DNA of 64,000 bases, taken from the IMG/VR virus record IMGVR_UViG_3300035184_001342. One strand, given 5' to 3'. This DNA is from an uncultured virus (IMG/VR IMGVR_UViG_3300035184_001342). Taxonomy: Duplodnaviria > Heunggongvirae > Uroviricota > Caudoviricetes. Both the position numbers and the translations under genes were made by a program. A model generated the notes under the pieces. It did no database searches, was not told where the DNA came from, and saw only the letters and a program-made list of their open reading frames with translations. This document shows, piece by piece, positions 18,778 through 28,442 of the stretch; positions within the stretch are counted from its first letter, which is position 1; each line of letters opens with the position of its first letter.

Positions 18778-19462
18778 AACTCTCAACTAATAATTTGCAA
18801 AACTCGTCTTTTTTATTGCCTAATATAATATTTGCAATAAGATGTATACGATTGTGTGTAGATTTATTTACCACCATATGGTTCTTAGCAACGTTAATTA
18901 GAAATACTTTGCTAGGCGAAAATGGAACTACTCCACTATCTTCAATAACCATATCGCATTGATCCGGGTGTATGATGGCAACGTTTATAGGTATAATGCC
19001 ATCTAACATATCAAAGTCTTCTGGTATATCATCATACCCGTCATTGTGTACGCTAATGCTGCCGCCTGCTTCTATTTTCATAAAACGTATTCTTGTAAAA
19101 CGCTCTGCTGGAAAGTTATTCCAAAACTCAACAGTGTTAGGAAATTTTTCAGCAATCTCAGTAAATTTATAAGGTGCTGTAAACTCATCGTGTCCGTATG
19201 TTGGTGCTGTTGCAATTTTGTCTACTCCTAGTCCGTGTAGACAACAACTGCTCCAGCCATTGTGTGTTTCGTGTCCTCTATGAGAGTAGTATTCTATATC
19301 TTGTACTTCAATAGGATGTGTAAGGTTTAGTTCAAGCCAACCAATGTGTGTTTGTTGCATAATCCATTTAGCTTGTTCCTGAACTGTTCCAAAAGGTAAG
19401 GGTTGAAGATCAAAAGTTTGTACTGCATTTTCTGCATAAAATTTTAAATCTACACTGTCCAT
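18755..19462 (-). CDS. aspartyl/asparaginyl beta-hydroxylase-like 2OG-Fe(II) oxygenase
   Basis: RIRFMKIEAGGSISVHND, NHMVVN and RIHLI motifs. Confidence 0.8.
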   Translation of the reverse strand: MDSVDLKFYAENAVQTFDLQPLPFGTVQEQAKWIMQQTHIGWLELNLTHPIEVQDIEYYSHRGHETHNGWSSCCLHGLGVDKIATAPTYGHDEFTAPYKFTEIAEKFPNTVEFWNNFPAERFTRIRFMKIEAGGSISVHNDGYDDIPEDFDMLDGIIPINVAIIHPDQCDMVIEDSGVVPFSPSKVFLINVAKNHMVVNKSTHNRIHLIANIILGNKKDEFCKLLVESYEKHYRV

Positions 19463-20019
19463 TTATTAAAAATTTCCTTTGCTTGATCCATTTTTAGTCC
19501 ACCTTCCGGCGTAGCTTTAAAACTAAGGTCACAACTAATAGTCCAACGAGGTTCCCATTTGCTATTATGAATGTTGTGTGGAATGCCGGTTTGAACCATA
19601 CTAGGAAACTTAGTTGCGTGAGAAAATGCGTGATCTAAATCCTTTGGATGATACTGTGCATACGGTGTTCCTGCTTGTGTTTCTGTTTCTTCAAACGGTC
19701 CGTGGCCTTCTTTAATATCGTACCAGTGCATTAAACTCCCTGCACCTTGTACTTGCCAATTCATACAAACACGATCCATTATTTCTCCTGGGCCGTCAAT
19801 GTGTATTCCAATTTGATGACTTGCTGGTGTGTAAAAGATCAACGGAGGATAAGTCATTACTAATCCTTGCTCGTCAATCCATTGCATATATTCATCGCTA
19901 ACATCATCGTGACTTATAAAAAAGATATCGGGCTCTGTGCCGTCTCTGTGTATACAATCTAAGTTTTTTAAAGGATGAGTAATAGGTAGTTCTAAATCGA
20001 GTGCGTAATTATTTTCCAT
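19450..20019 (-). CDS. putative 2OG-Fe(II)/cupin-type oxygenase
   Basis: IHIDG, IPHNIHN and PRW motifs. Confidence 0.65.
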   Translation of the reverse strand: MENNYALDLELPITHPLKNLDCIHRDGTEPDIFFISHDDVSDEYMQWIDEQGLVMTYPPLIFYTPASHQIGIHIDGPGEIMDRVCMNWQVQGAGSLMHWYDIKEGHGPFEETETQAGTPYAQYHPKDLDHAFSHATKFPSMVQTGIPHNIHNSKWEPRWTISCDLSFKATPEGGLKMDQAKEIFNKWTV

Positions 20020-20572
20020 TGTCCCACCCTAAAAAATTAAACAGGTATTTTGTTTCTAGTCCCATATTCATTCCTCCGTGCCAATCTTGCCAGTCGTCCC
20101 ATTTATAAACATCACCTTGTTTTGCATTATAAATTGCGTGACCTTCTACAATAGATACTTGTCCAAATGCTGGTTCGCAAATGTAGCAACCATAGCTTTT
20201 TAGATCGCCTTTCTTTAACCATTCTGCTTCTTCCTCAGGTACACCATAGTCTGGGTGAAATGGCACAATGCATCCTGGAGACACTGCACTTACCCAAGCA
20301 CCTGCTGGTTCTGCGTCTACCCATTCAGCAAACTTCATTAACCATTCCATATCAAAATGTTCTCCTGGAATAAAGTCAACCCATTGAATGTCTGGGCTTT
20401 TTGAAATACCTACCTTTGTCCACAAGTCCATTAGTTTTTGCACTTTCGGGTTGTCAGTATGGATGTCATCTTCTTGTCCGTTGCCGCGTTCTCTAGGAGG
20501 AACAGATTTTAATTGTGTTATTAATTCTGACCAATTTATTTCGTCATTACAATTTCCAATATACTCAGCCAT
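20009..20572 (-). CDS. putative 2OG-Fe(II)/cupin-type oxygenase
   Basis: WVSAVSPGCIVPFHPD and DWHGGMN. Tandem paralog of 20572-21114. Confidence 0.65.
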   Translation of the reverse strand: MAEYIGNCNDEINWSELITQLKSVPPRERGNGQEDDIHTDNPKVQKLMDLWTKVGISKSPDIQWVDFIPGEHFDMEWLMKFAEWVDAEPAGAWVSAVSPGCIVPFHPDYGVPEEEAEWLKKGDLKSYGCYICEPAFGQVSIVEGHAIYNAKQGDVYKWDDWQDWHGGMNMGLETKYLFNFLGWDNGK

Positions 20573-21114
20573 TATTTTATCCCCAAAAAGTTAAAAATGT
20601 ATTTGTCGTGCAAGCCGCAGTTGCCGCCGGCGTGCCAATCCATATAGTCGTCCCACTTGTATGTGTTGCCTGAAGCTTCACCGTGAAAGCATTGGTCGTT
20701 TACAATAAACACACCGCCAGGATGTGGATGACTAATAAACGAAACAAATCTAGTTAGTTCTCCTTGTGCAAGATACTCTTCGATGTTGTCATCTATATCT
20801 TGATGAATTGGTGCATACTTTCCTGGACGTATTTTACTAATCCAAGCTCTAGCACATTTCATATCTACAAACTTTTCAAACTCTGTAACACAATGTGGAT
20901 TGAAATGTTTCTCAGGATAGTAATTAATCCATTCTACTGTGCTTACTTTATCGTAACCTGCATCTTTCAGCATTTTAATATTTTCATCGAACCGTCCATC
21001 TGCGTTTTCAAAAAACTGTTCGTCAAATCTACGTGGTTCTCCTTCTTCAAGTGACATTAAATCAATAATGCTATCCCACTTTCCGGCAAAGAAGTTTCCT
21101 ACAAATTCTGCCAT
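20572..21114 (-). CDS. putative 2OG-Fe(II)/cupin-type oxygenase
   Basis: WISKIRPGKYAPIHQD and DWHAGGN motifs. Confidence 0.65.
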   Translation of the reverse strand: MAEFVGNFFAGKWDSIIDLMSLEEGEPRRFDEQFFENADGRFDENIKMLKDAGYDKVSTVEWINYYPEKHFNPHCVTEFEKFVDMKCARAWISKIRPGKYAPIHQDIDDNIEEYLAQGELTRFVSFISHPHPGGVFIVNDQCFHGEASGNTYKWDDYMDWHAGGNCGLHDKYIFNFLGIK

Positions 21115-21776
21115 TATGTTTCCTTTATCTCAAACATTGGATCTAAAATTAAATTTTCTAGTTGTGTTTTAGAAATATCAAATTTTACATTGCCATCATT
21201 AAACTTAAAATTAGTTATTAGGCCTGTTTTATTTGCTTTGTTAAGCCAAGGGCTTAACGTGTTATCAAATACGTACCTAAAGTCTGGACGTTTTTCTTTT
21301 AGTGTTATTTCAATTGAAACAGGATCGTCAATAACGTTTGGTTGTAGTAATTTTCTAACAACCAATTGAACCCTGTCAATATTACCAAAGTTTGCTGCTG
21401 AATGTATTCTTCCAGCGTCCATTAAACTCCACACACCATCACCTTCACACTTATGTAGTTCTTGATTAGTAATATCTATTAGGTAAGATTGTTTAGCTTG
21501 AATTGTTAAATGCCATCTATCGTCAATGTCGCTATGGCTGTGGTAACAAGTGCCCGGAGAAAGATTAATTAGTCTTGCTTCTCCGATATTACTATCTAAT
21601 GAATTAAGAACAGTTTCCCATACTGTGTTTTTGAAAGTTTCTTTAATTTTCCAAGGATCATAAAAGAAATCACCTGAAGGTTCATTAAGTGATAATTTAA
21701 AGTCTATATTCGGCAATTGGCAAATAGCCTCTTGCAAAATGTTGCTTTCTATAGTATACTTAGTGTGCGTTATCAT
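21114..21776 (-). CDS. aspartyl beta-hydroxylase-like 2OG-Fe(II) oxygenase
   Basis: ARLINLSPGTCYHSHSD, IHSAAN and RVQLVVR. Start at 21776 (MITHTKY) supported by TAAATA-N5-ATG. Confidence 0.75.
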   Translation of the reverse strand: MITHTKYTIESNILQEAICQLPNIDFKLSLNEPSGDFFYDPWKIKETFKNTVWETVLNSLDSNIGEARLINLSPGTCYHSHSDIDDRWHLTIQAKQSYLIDITNQELHKCEGDGVWSLMDAGRIHSAANFGNIDRVQLVVRKLLQPNVIDDPVSIEITLKEKRPDFRYVFDNTLSPWLNKANKTGLITNFKFNDGNVKFDISKTQLENLILDPMFEIKET

Positions 21777-21781
21777 AAAAT

Positions 21782-21810
21782 TATTTATGTGCGTAGTTAA
21801 TAGATAAGTA
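21782..21810. promoter_or_regulatory. divergent TAAATA/TAAGTA promoter pair, both leaderless
   Basis: Minus: TAAATA(21787-21782)-atttt-ATG(21776). Plus: TAAGTA(21805-21810)-tcaat-ATG(21816). Confidence 0.65.
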
Positions 21811-21815
21811 TCAAT

Positions 21816-23084
21816 ATGAATGAGAAATCTTGTACATTTTGTATGCACCCTTTTACAGGGCTTGCTACTAGAGAAGACGGAGCAATTAAAGTTTGTTGCC
21901 GTAGTCAACCTGTTGGCTGGATACAAAATGAAACATTAGAGGAAGTTTGGAACGGTGATGCTATGCGTGAAGTTCGCAGGCAAGTACTTAATGACGAACG
22001 TCCGGAAGTATGTAAACCGTGCTTTGACCTTGAAGATCAGGGTGTACAGAGCTTGCGACAGCGTCATACAGCAGGGGTCATACCTGAAGCACGTATAAAC
22101 TTGTACCCCGATGCATTAGACGCACTAGACGAAGATTATACAATGCCATTTGAGTTTCCTACAATGGAAATTAAGCTCAATAACTTGTGCAATTTAAAGT
22201 GTCGTATGTGCAATCCACTAGATAGTACTAGTTGGAAAGATTGGGACGAAGTTACAGAATTTTATAAAAAAGAAAATAACTACCTTGTACCTACAGTTGA
22301 GAACTTAGTAAACAAACCAGGGCAGTATATTGGACCATTTGATAACTCAGACAACTGGTGGACAAGTTTTGAAAAGTTACTACCGTTCTTTAGACGTGTA
22401 GAATTTGCAGGTGGTGAGCCGCTAATGGATCCATACCACTACAAGATACTAGACAAACTTGCAGAGTATGGTGACAACATAGAGCTAAAGTACGCTACAA
22501 ACGGTACTACACTAGGTATTAAAGGCGGGCGAACTATACACGACTATTGGCCTAAGTTTAAAAGCATTGCTGTAAACGTAAGCATAGACGGTATATACGA
22601 CACATATGAATACATTAGAGGCAATGGCAAGTTTGCTGAAATAGAGAAAAACGTCAAAATATTTAAGAGCTTTCCTAATGTAAGTAGAGTAGTAGGTGCA
22701 TTTACTGTACAAGCAAATAACATTATGCAAATTGATAAAGTTATTGAATACTTTTTAGAAGAAATGGGTATTATATTTTATTCGCATAGAGTAAACTATC
22801 CAATGGCGCTTAGTGCGCAGGTTATTCCGCAATTACTAAAAACAAAAGTTGTTAACCGCTTAGAACAAATGAAAACAGAAGTATTAGATTATAAACTAGT
22901 AAAACAACACGACATTGTTAAACAAGTTACTCTACAACAAATACAGGATAATATTAATTTCTTGCAAGCAAAAGATATGCATTCTACACATTGGGAAGAC
23001 TGTATTGAATTTAACAAACGTTTAGATAAAACCCGTGGACAAGACTTCCTTACAGCTAATCCAGAGTTTAAACAATATGTATAG
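21816..23084 (+). CDS. radical SAM protein with N-terminal Twitch/SPASM-like domain
   Basis: FCMHPF..DGAIKVCC..CKPC precedes CNLKCRMC; also FAGGEPL and SIDG. Confidence 0.88.
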   Translation: MNEKSCTFCMHPFTGLATREDGAIKVCCRSQPVGWIQNETLEEVWNGDAMREVRRQVLNDERPEVCKPCFDLEDQGVQSLRQRHTAGVIPEARINLYPDALDALDEDYTMPFEFPTMEIKLNNLCNLKCRMCNPLDSTSWKDWDEVTEFYKKENNYLVPTVENLVNKPGQYIGPFDNSDNWWTSFEKLLPFFRRVEFAGGEPLMDPYHYKILDKLAEYGDNIELKYATNGTTLGIKGGRTIHDYWPKFKSIAVNVSIDGIYDTYEYIRGNGKFAEIEKNVKIFKSFPNVSRVVGAFTVQANNIMQIDKVIEYFLEEMGIIFYSHRVNYPMALSAQVIPQLLKTKVVNRLEQMKTEVLDYKLVKQHDIVKQVTLQQIQDNINFLQAKDMHSTHWEDCIEFNKRLDKTRGQDFLTANPEFKQYV

Positions 23085-24000
23085 TGTAACTAGTAAGTGG
23101 CCACATCAAAACACTATTAAAGTTGAATGGAACTTAGGCAAACGCTGTAACTTAGATTGTAGTTATTGTCCTGCTGAAATACACGATAACTTTAGTCCAC
23201 ACACTAATGAAAAAGTAATTCACGATACTATTGATGCACTATATGAATTAGACAAACCAGTTCGAGTAAGTTTTACAGGTGGTGAGCCTACTGTACATCC
23301 AAAGATTAATGAAATAATTGAACACGCAAGGCAACAACTAGCTTGGGTCAACATTACAACTAATGGTCTTCGTCATCACGAGTGGTATGCTAAACAGCGA
23401 GTTAGTCATTGGGTGTTTAGTTTACATTTTGATAACGAACATTGGGAAAGAGCTTCTCAAAATGTTTTATTGTTTTCACAGTTAAATGAAACACTAGAGA
23501 ATATTCCATTCCAAGTAAATGTAATGGCGCACCACGAACATATGGACAAAGTTAAGGCTGCTTGTAATATGTTTGACGGACATAATATTCCGTATGTAGT
23601 TAGACGAATACGTTGGACAGAAGCTGATGACCGTGACTGGTTTGATGATATGCGCTACAAAGAAAAAGATCTTGAATGGATACTTGGCAAGCCTGCAAAA
23701 GTTATGGCAAATACTGTAATTGACGATGAACATTATATGCACGCCAATGATATTATCAAACATAAACTTAACCAATTTGAAGGGTGGAGTTGTTCAGCAG
23801 GTATTGAAAGTTTAATGATTAATTGGGACGGTGATGTGCATCGTGCTACGTGTAGAGTAGGCGGTAGTTTAGGTAATATATACAAAGGTACATTTGAGCC
23901 TCCCGAAGAATGGATTGACTGCACACGCAAATGGTGTACTTGTGCTGCTGATATTCCACTAACTAAAATAGATGTGAAACAAATTGATGATAGTAACTGA
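23077..24000 (+). CDS. radical SAM protein with C-terminal Twitch-like Cys cluster
   Basis: CNLDCSYC, FTGGEPT and FEGWSCSAG..TC..CTRKWCTC. Start set to the ATG at 23077. Confidence 0.88.
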   Translation: MYSVTSKWPHQNTIKVEWNLGKRCNLDCSYCPAEIHDNFSPHTNEKVIHDTIDALYELDKPVRVSFTGGEPTVHPKINEIIEHARQQLAWVNITTNGLRHHEWYAKQRVSHWVFSLHFDNEHWERASQNVLLFSQLNETLENIPFQVNVMAHHEHMDKVKAACNMFDGHNIPYVVRRIRWTEADDRDWFDDMRYKEKDLEWILGKPAKVMANTVIDDEHYMHANDIIKHKLNQFEGWSCSAGIESLMINWDGDVHRATCRVGGSLGNIYKGTFEPPEEWIDCTRKWCTCAADIPLTKIDVKQIDDSN

Positions 24001-25051
24001 TGCTATAAATCTTACAGGCCCCGAACGATTAATGGTTACGTGGGACACTGGGCGTAGGTGTAATTTTGATTGCAGTTATTGCGAAATAAGCCGTCACGAC
24101 AACATTAGTTCTCCCCACAGCTATGAAGAATTATTACGCACATTTAAGTTTGTAAAAGAATATACTAGCATCTATTCTGACCTAGTTAATATAAACTTTA
24201 CAGGCGGCGAACCTACTGTTAATCCTGCATTTTGGCAATTAGCTGAGTACATTAAAAATAACGAAACACGTTTTAGACTTAGTTTAACTACCAACGGTGC
24301 TTGGCATCCTAAAAATACAGATCGTATAACAGAGCTATTTGAAGGTGTTACAGTAAGTTATCACACAGAAGGGCATAGCAAACTAAAACAACAAACATTA
24401 GACAACATTAAATTGTTACACGCTAAAGGAATATGGTTACAAGTTAATGTAATGCTACACACTGATAATTGGGATGAAGGTGTAGCAGTATGCGAAGAAC
24501 TTAAAGAACTAGGTATTACACATAATCCACGCCCGATTGGCGATGGCAATGCAGAACGCAAAGGGTGGTTTACTGACAGTGATGGCAGTCAACGTAGAAC
24601 AACTCACGACTACACAGACGAACAACAAAATTGGTTTTTTGATTACACTAATATGCCAAAGCCTGCTGTAGGCACTCGAGCTGGAACTGAGCTCGGACGT
24701 AAATGCTGTGGCGGACGCTGTTTAAAAGGTAAAGTAAACAACGAGTGGCAAGAAGTTACAATGGTTGATACACACTTTAAAGATTGGTTTTGTAGCGTTA
24801 ACAAGTACTTCTTACACATTGATCAACATACTGGCAGCGTATACCATCATCAAACGTGCCAAGCACTACACAACGGTCTAAGAGGCCCGTTAGGTAACCT
24901 TAGTAACACTGATGCTATAATTGAATATGCTAACAAAAATAAAAATGAAACAATAGTATGTCCAAACCTAAGATGTGGTTGTGGTATGTGTGTTCCCAAA
25001 GCAAAGTCATTTGAAGATTATAAAGAAATTATTAAGGTGCAATCTTATTAA
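23987..25051 (+). CDS. radical SAM protein with extra Cys-rich motifs
   Basis: CNFDCSYC, FTGGEPT, GRKCCGGRC, WFCSVN and CPNLRCGCGMCVPK. Confidence 0.88.
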   Translation: MIVTDAINLTGPERLMVTWDTGRRCNFDCSYCEISRHDNISSPHSYEELLRTFKFVKEYTSIYSDLVNINFTGGEPTVNPAFWQLAEYIKNNETRFRLSLTTNGAWHPKNTDRITELFEGVTVSYHTEGHSKLKQQTLDNIKLLHAKGIWLQVNVMLHTDNWDEGVAVCEELKELGITHNPRPIGDGNAERKGWFTDSDGSQRRTTHDYTDEQQNWFFDYTNMPKPAVGTRAGTELGRKCCGGRCLKGKVNNEWQEVTMVDTHFKDWFCSVNKYFLHIDQHTGSVYHHQTCQALHNGLRGPLGNLSNTDAIIEYANKNKNETIVCPNLRCGCGMCVPKAKSFEDYKEIIKVQSY

Positions 25052-26003
25052 TACTAATTTCGCCACTACAGCCACAAATCTTTTGTTCACAAATTACATT
25101 ACACAATCGTGGACTAAAGTCTTTAACAAAATCTTTATCATATAAATTATAATCGCGATTTAATCTATACAGTGTTTGTTGACAATTAGATTTAATATTG
25201 CCTTCTTGAAATATTTTTATTACATCTAAGCCTAGTTCACAAGTCCAACCTTCAAACTTATTTAGGTTGTGTACTGAAATATAATTATCTCCAGTAACTT
25301 TTTTAGTTGTGCCGTTTTCAAATGTAAGTTTAAGTTTTAACTCTGTGTCTATTTTATTACGCCAATACCAAAGTAAGTTAGGTACACGTTTAAGACTTTT
25401 TTCAAGATACGTTGTTTCTTCAGGATTATAAAATGTTGCGCCATTTATGTTTACCGTCTTTGCAATAATTGGCCAGCGTTTTTTACTTGTCTTTAGCTGC
25501 TCAATAATAGCTTTACATTTATCAAAATACCCATAATCCATTAGTACATTGCAGTTTACGTAAATGTTCTTTTTATAAATCAAATCTGAAACTTTTTTAA
25601 GATGTTCTACTTTTGCAAATTCGTGATGCACACTAATTTCAACAACATCAAAACAATCTGCATTTCTTTCCCACCACGATACTGATCTTGACCCGTTAGT
25701 ACTAATATTAATTTGACAATTAAAATTCTGTTTGAAATAACGACAAAATTCAGGAAGCTCTTTCCATAGTGTTGGTTCGCCGCCAATTAGATATAATTGG
25801 AAATAATCTTTACCCTGCTTTACATAATGATTAAGTAAATGTGAAAGATTTGTTTTAACTTGATCAATGTCCGGCCAAGGATGTGAACCTTCATTACTGC
25901 CCGGGAAGCAATATGAACATTTATGGTTACATAAATTACCAAGCATATATTCAATACGCAACTGATTTGGCTTTAAGTTATTTTCAACTCTAGTTAGTTT
26001 CAT
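25032..26003 (-). CDS. radical SAM protein with C-terminal Twitch-like Cys cluster
   Basis: CNHKCSYC, IGGEPT and FEGWTCELG..CEQKICGC. Confidence 0.88.
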   Translation of the reverse strand: MKLTRVENNLKPNQLRIEYMLGNLCNHKCSYCFPGSNEGSHPWPDIDQVKTNLSHLLNHYVKQGKDYFQLYLIGGEPTLWKELPEFCRYFKQNFNCQINISTNGSRSVSWWERNADCFDVVEISVHHEFAKVEHLKKVSDLIYKKNIYVNCNVLMDYGYFDKCKAIIEQLKTSKKRWPIIAKTVNINGATFYNPEETTYLEKSLKRVPNLLWYWRNKIDTELKLKLTFENGTTKKVTGDNYISVHNLNKFEGWTCELGLDVIKIFQEGNIKSNCQQTLYRLNRDYNLYDKDFVKDFSPRLCNVICEQKICGCSGEISINKIAP

Positions 26004-27054
26004 CGTGATACTTTACCATTATTCGTTCATACTCGTGTTGTGTTTTAGCCTTAGGCGCACATATCCCGCACCAACAACTTCTTTTCTTACATATAATAGG
26101 TGAAGTATTTTTTATACTTTCTAGTATAGCAGGAGTATCTGATAAATGTCCAATAGGACCAACACTGCCATTAAAGTTCATTTTACAATCTTTGTTAGTA
26201 TAAACTTCGCCAGTGTTTTGTTTGATATAAAGAAAAAACTCATTTACTGAACAGTGCCAACCTTTAAAGTTATTTCCAGGCACCCATTCAGTTGTTGCTG
26301 ATCCACAACATAATTCTTGTCCACCGCAACACGCTCTACCAGACTCTGATAAATTAATTTGTCCTGTAACTGCCGCCAATGCTATTGTAGCTAATCCTAC
26401 AGGTTTTTCTCCTGTAAGGTATTCGCTTTGTTCTGCTGAATAATTAAATCGTCTGTCAAAAATAGAATGGTCAATTTGACGCAAGTGATATCTTACACCT
26501 TGCTGTTTACACCATTCTTCCATATCACGGCAGGCTTCCCAGTGTTTAGGATGCATCATAATGTTTACTTGAAACTGCTTGTCGTGCTTCATTAAGTACA
26601 GCACATTGTTTCTTAGCATACGCTGTTGTTTTGGTGTGCTTTCTGCGTGAAAACTAATTGTAAAATAATCTAATAAATCAACTAGTCTTCCCCAAAGCTG
26701 AGGTCCTACAATAGCGTTAGTAATTGTACTTACATTACAAGAAAAATCATACAGTTCTCTTTTGCTTCTTAAATATTTTAAAATGTCTGGTATCTTAGGA
26801 TGAAACAAACTTTCACCGCCGAACACATTAATGTTTACGTGTCTATGTTCTTTTGGCTTTAGTTGCATATAATGACTTACATACTCAAATATAAAGTCAG
26901 CAGTATTAAGACTTTCTCGTAAACTTGGGTGAGGTAAACTATTGTCGTGACCATCTCCACAGTAACTACAATCAAGATTGCACTTTAGAGTGGTTTCCCA
27001 CTCAACGTGAAAAAACTTATCTCTTACAGGTTCAATTGTAGTAAACTTATCCAT
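25990..27054 (-). CDS. radical SAM protein (paralog of 23987-25051)
   Basis: CNLDCSYC, FGGES, GRACCGG, WHCSVN and CKKRSCWCGICAPK. Confidence 0.88.
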   Translation of the reverse strand: MDKFTTIEPVRDKFFHVEWETTLKCNLDCSYCGDGHDNSLPHPSLRESLNTADFIFEYVSHYMQLKPKEHRHVNINVFGGESLFHPKIPDILKYLRSKRELYDFSCNVSTITNAIVGPQLWGRLVDLLDYFTISFHAESTPKQQRMLRNNVLYLMKHDKQFQVNIMMHPKHWEACRDMEEWCKQQGVRYHLRQIDHSIFDRRFNYSAEQSEYLTGEKPVGLATIALAAVTGQINLSESGRACCGGQELCCGSATTEWVPGNNFKGWHCSVNEFFLYIKQNTGEVYTNKDCKMNFNGSVGPIGHLSDTPAILESIKNTSPIICKKRSCWCGICAPKAKTQHEYERIMVKYHDETN

Positions 27055-28442
27055 TACAATAAATGTGCCAATTCAGGAAATACTTTTGCTGCGTTTAGAT
27101 TACGTATTGCATCAAGTTTGTTTGTATATTCTTTAAAGCCCGGCAACAAGTGACTATTATCCTGTGCGTTCATATGATTAAGAACCGCTTCCCAACGTTT
27201 CCATCCATAAGGATTATTTTTCCAAAAGTCGTCGTCTTGTCTGTAGTTGTTCCATAACCAATCTTTAAAGTCCATAAAGCGTTCTTTAACTTCTTGCTTG
27301 TCGTGTTCTGGTAGTATTTGTATGCTAAGGAAAGTCGGAATGTACAGTAAGTGCATATTAACTAAGCCACCGCCCATTTGTACTCCGCCAGGGACTGTGC
27401 CGTTATTTAATTTCTTAAATCCGCTTTCAAGTTTCCACTTCATAAAGTCTGGCAAATGTTTTACGTTGAATATTTGTATTGCTGTTGCTAAACTTGTTTG
27501 TATGTTGTCAGGAGTGTTGTCAAGCATATGTAGTGTTTTTTCTACAGTATCAAAGTTTGTAGGAAAACGTATGTATTCATCACGTCCGTGACTAGCATCC
27601 ATACTAATAGCAAACTTTACTTTTTTAAACCTTGACCATAACTGAATTAAATCTTCGTCTACTAACAGTCCATTTGAATTGTAACGTAACAATATTTTGT
27701 CTTGATAACCTTGCCTAATGATTTCTTCAATAAACATTTTGTGTTCTTTAATCATTAGAGGCTCACCGCCTGCAAAGTACACTTGTTTTAGATTAGGTAT
27801 CTGTGCATACATTTCTTCCCAGAACGTATCTTTTTCGTGCCACTTATTATTGAATGTACTTTTATCAAATTGCATTTGCCTTTTAACTTCAGGATCCTGC
27901 AATAAAGGAATAAGTTTTTTATGATCTGCTACCCATTTGCTACTATCGTGCGGACTACACATTACACACTTAATATTACAAGTGTGACCTAATCTTAAAT
28001 CTAAGTAAACTAACTCTTCCGGTACTGTTCCGTCTGCTTTAGTTTGTTCAATTAAATAAGGAATATCTACCCCATTCTCATCTCTGTGCCAAGTACCTGT
28101 TTCCCAAATACGTTTACTTACAACTCCTTGGCTTTCTTCTTTAAAACATTTACGACAACTTGCAGGCACTTGTCCTGCTAACATAGTGCGCCTTGCACTT
28201 TTCATATACTCGTTGTTCCAGGCTTCCATTGGAGTATGCTTACCAAAGTTTGCTGGTAATCCATCCTCCATTTTAACTAATCCTACTTCGTGATCATCAC
28301 CTGCACCACTTGCGTTTGCACTACAACATAATCTCATATCACCATTAGGTCGTGTAGCAAAGTGTATCCAAGGTAAGACGCAAAAAGTAGGTGTACCCGA
28401 TATCTTTTCTATTTCTGCTTTATAATTTTCTAAGTCAGACAT
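27054..28442 (-). CDS. radical SAM protein with N-terminal Twitch/SPASM-like domain
   Basis: FCVLPW..NGDMRLCC..CRKC, CNIKCVMC and FAGGEPL. Start set to 28442 (MSDLENY). Confidence 0.88.
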   Translation of the reverse strand: MSDLENYKAEIEKISGTPTFCVLPWIHFATRPNGDMRLCCSANASGAGDDHEVGLVKMEDGLPANFGKHTPMEAWNNEYMKSARRTMLAGQVPASCRKCFKEESQGVVSKRIWETGTWHRDENGVDIPYLIEQTKADGTVPEELVYLDLRLGHTCNIKCVMCSPHDSSKWVADHKKLIPLLQDPEVKRQMQFDKSTFNNKWHEKDTFWEEMYAQIPNLKQVYFAGGEPLMIKEHKMFIEEIIRQGYQDKILLRYNSNGLLVDEDLIQLWSRFKKVKFAISMDASHGRDEYIRFPTNFDTVEKTLHMLDNTPDNIQTSLATAIQIFNVKHLPDFMKWKLESGFKKLNNGTVPGGVQMGGGLVNMHLLYIPTFLSIQILPEHDKQEVKERFMDFKDWLWNNYRQDDDFWKNNPYGWKRWEAVLNHMNAQDNSHLLPGFKEYTNKLDAIRNLNAAKVFPELAHLL

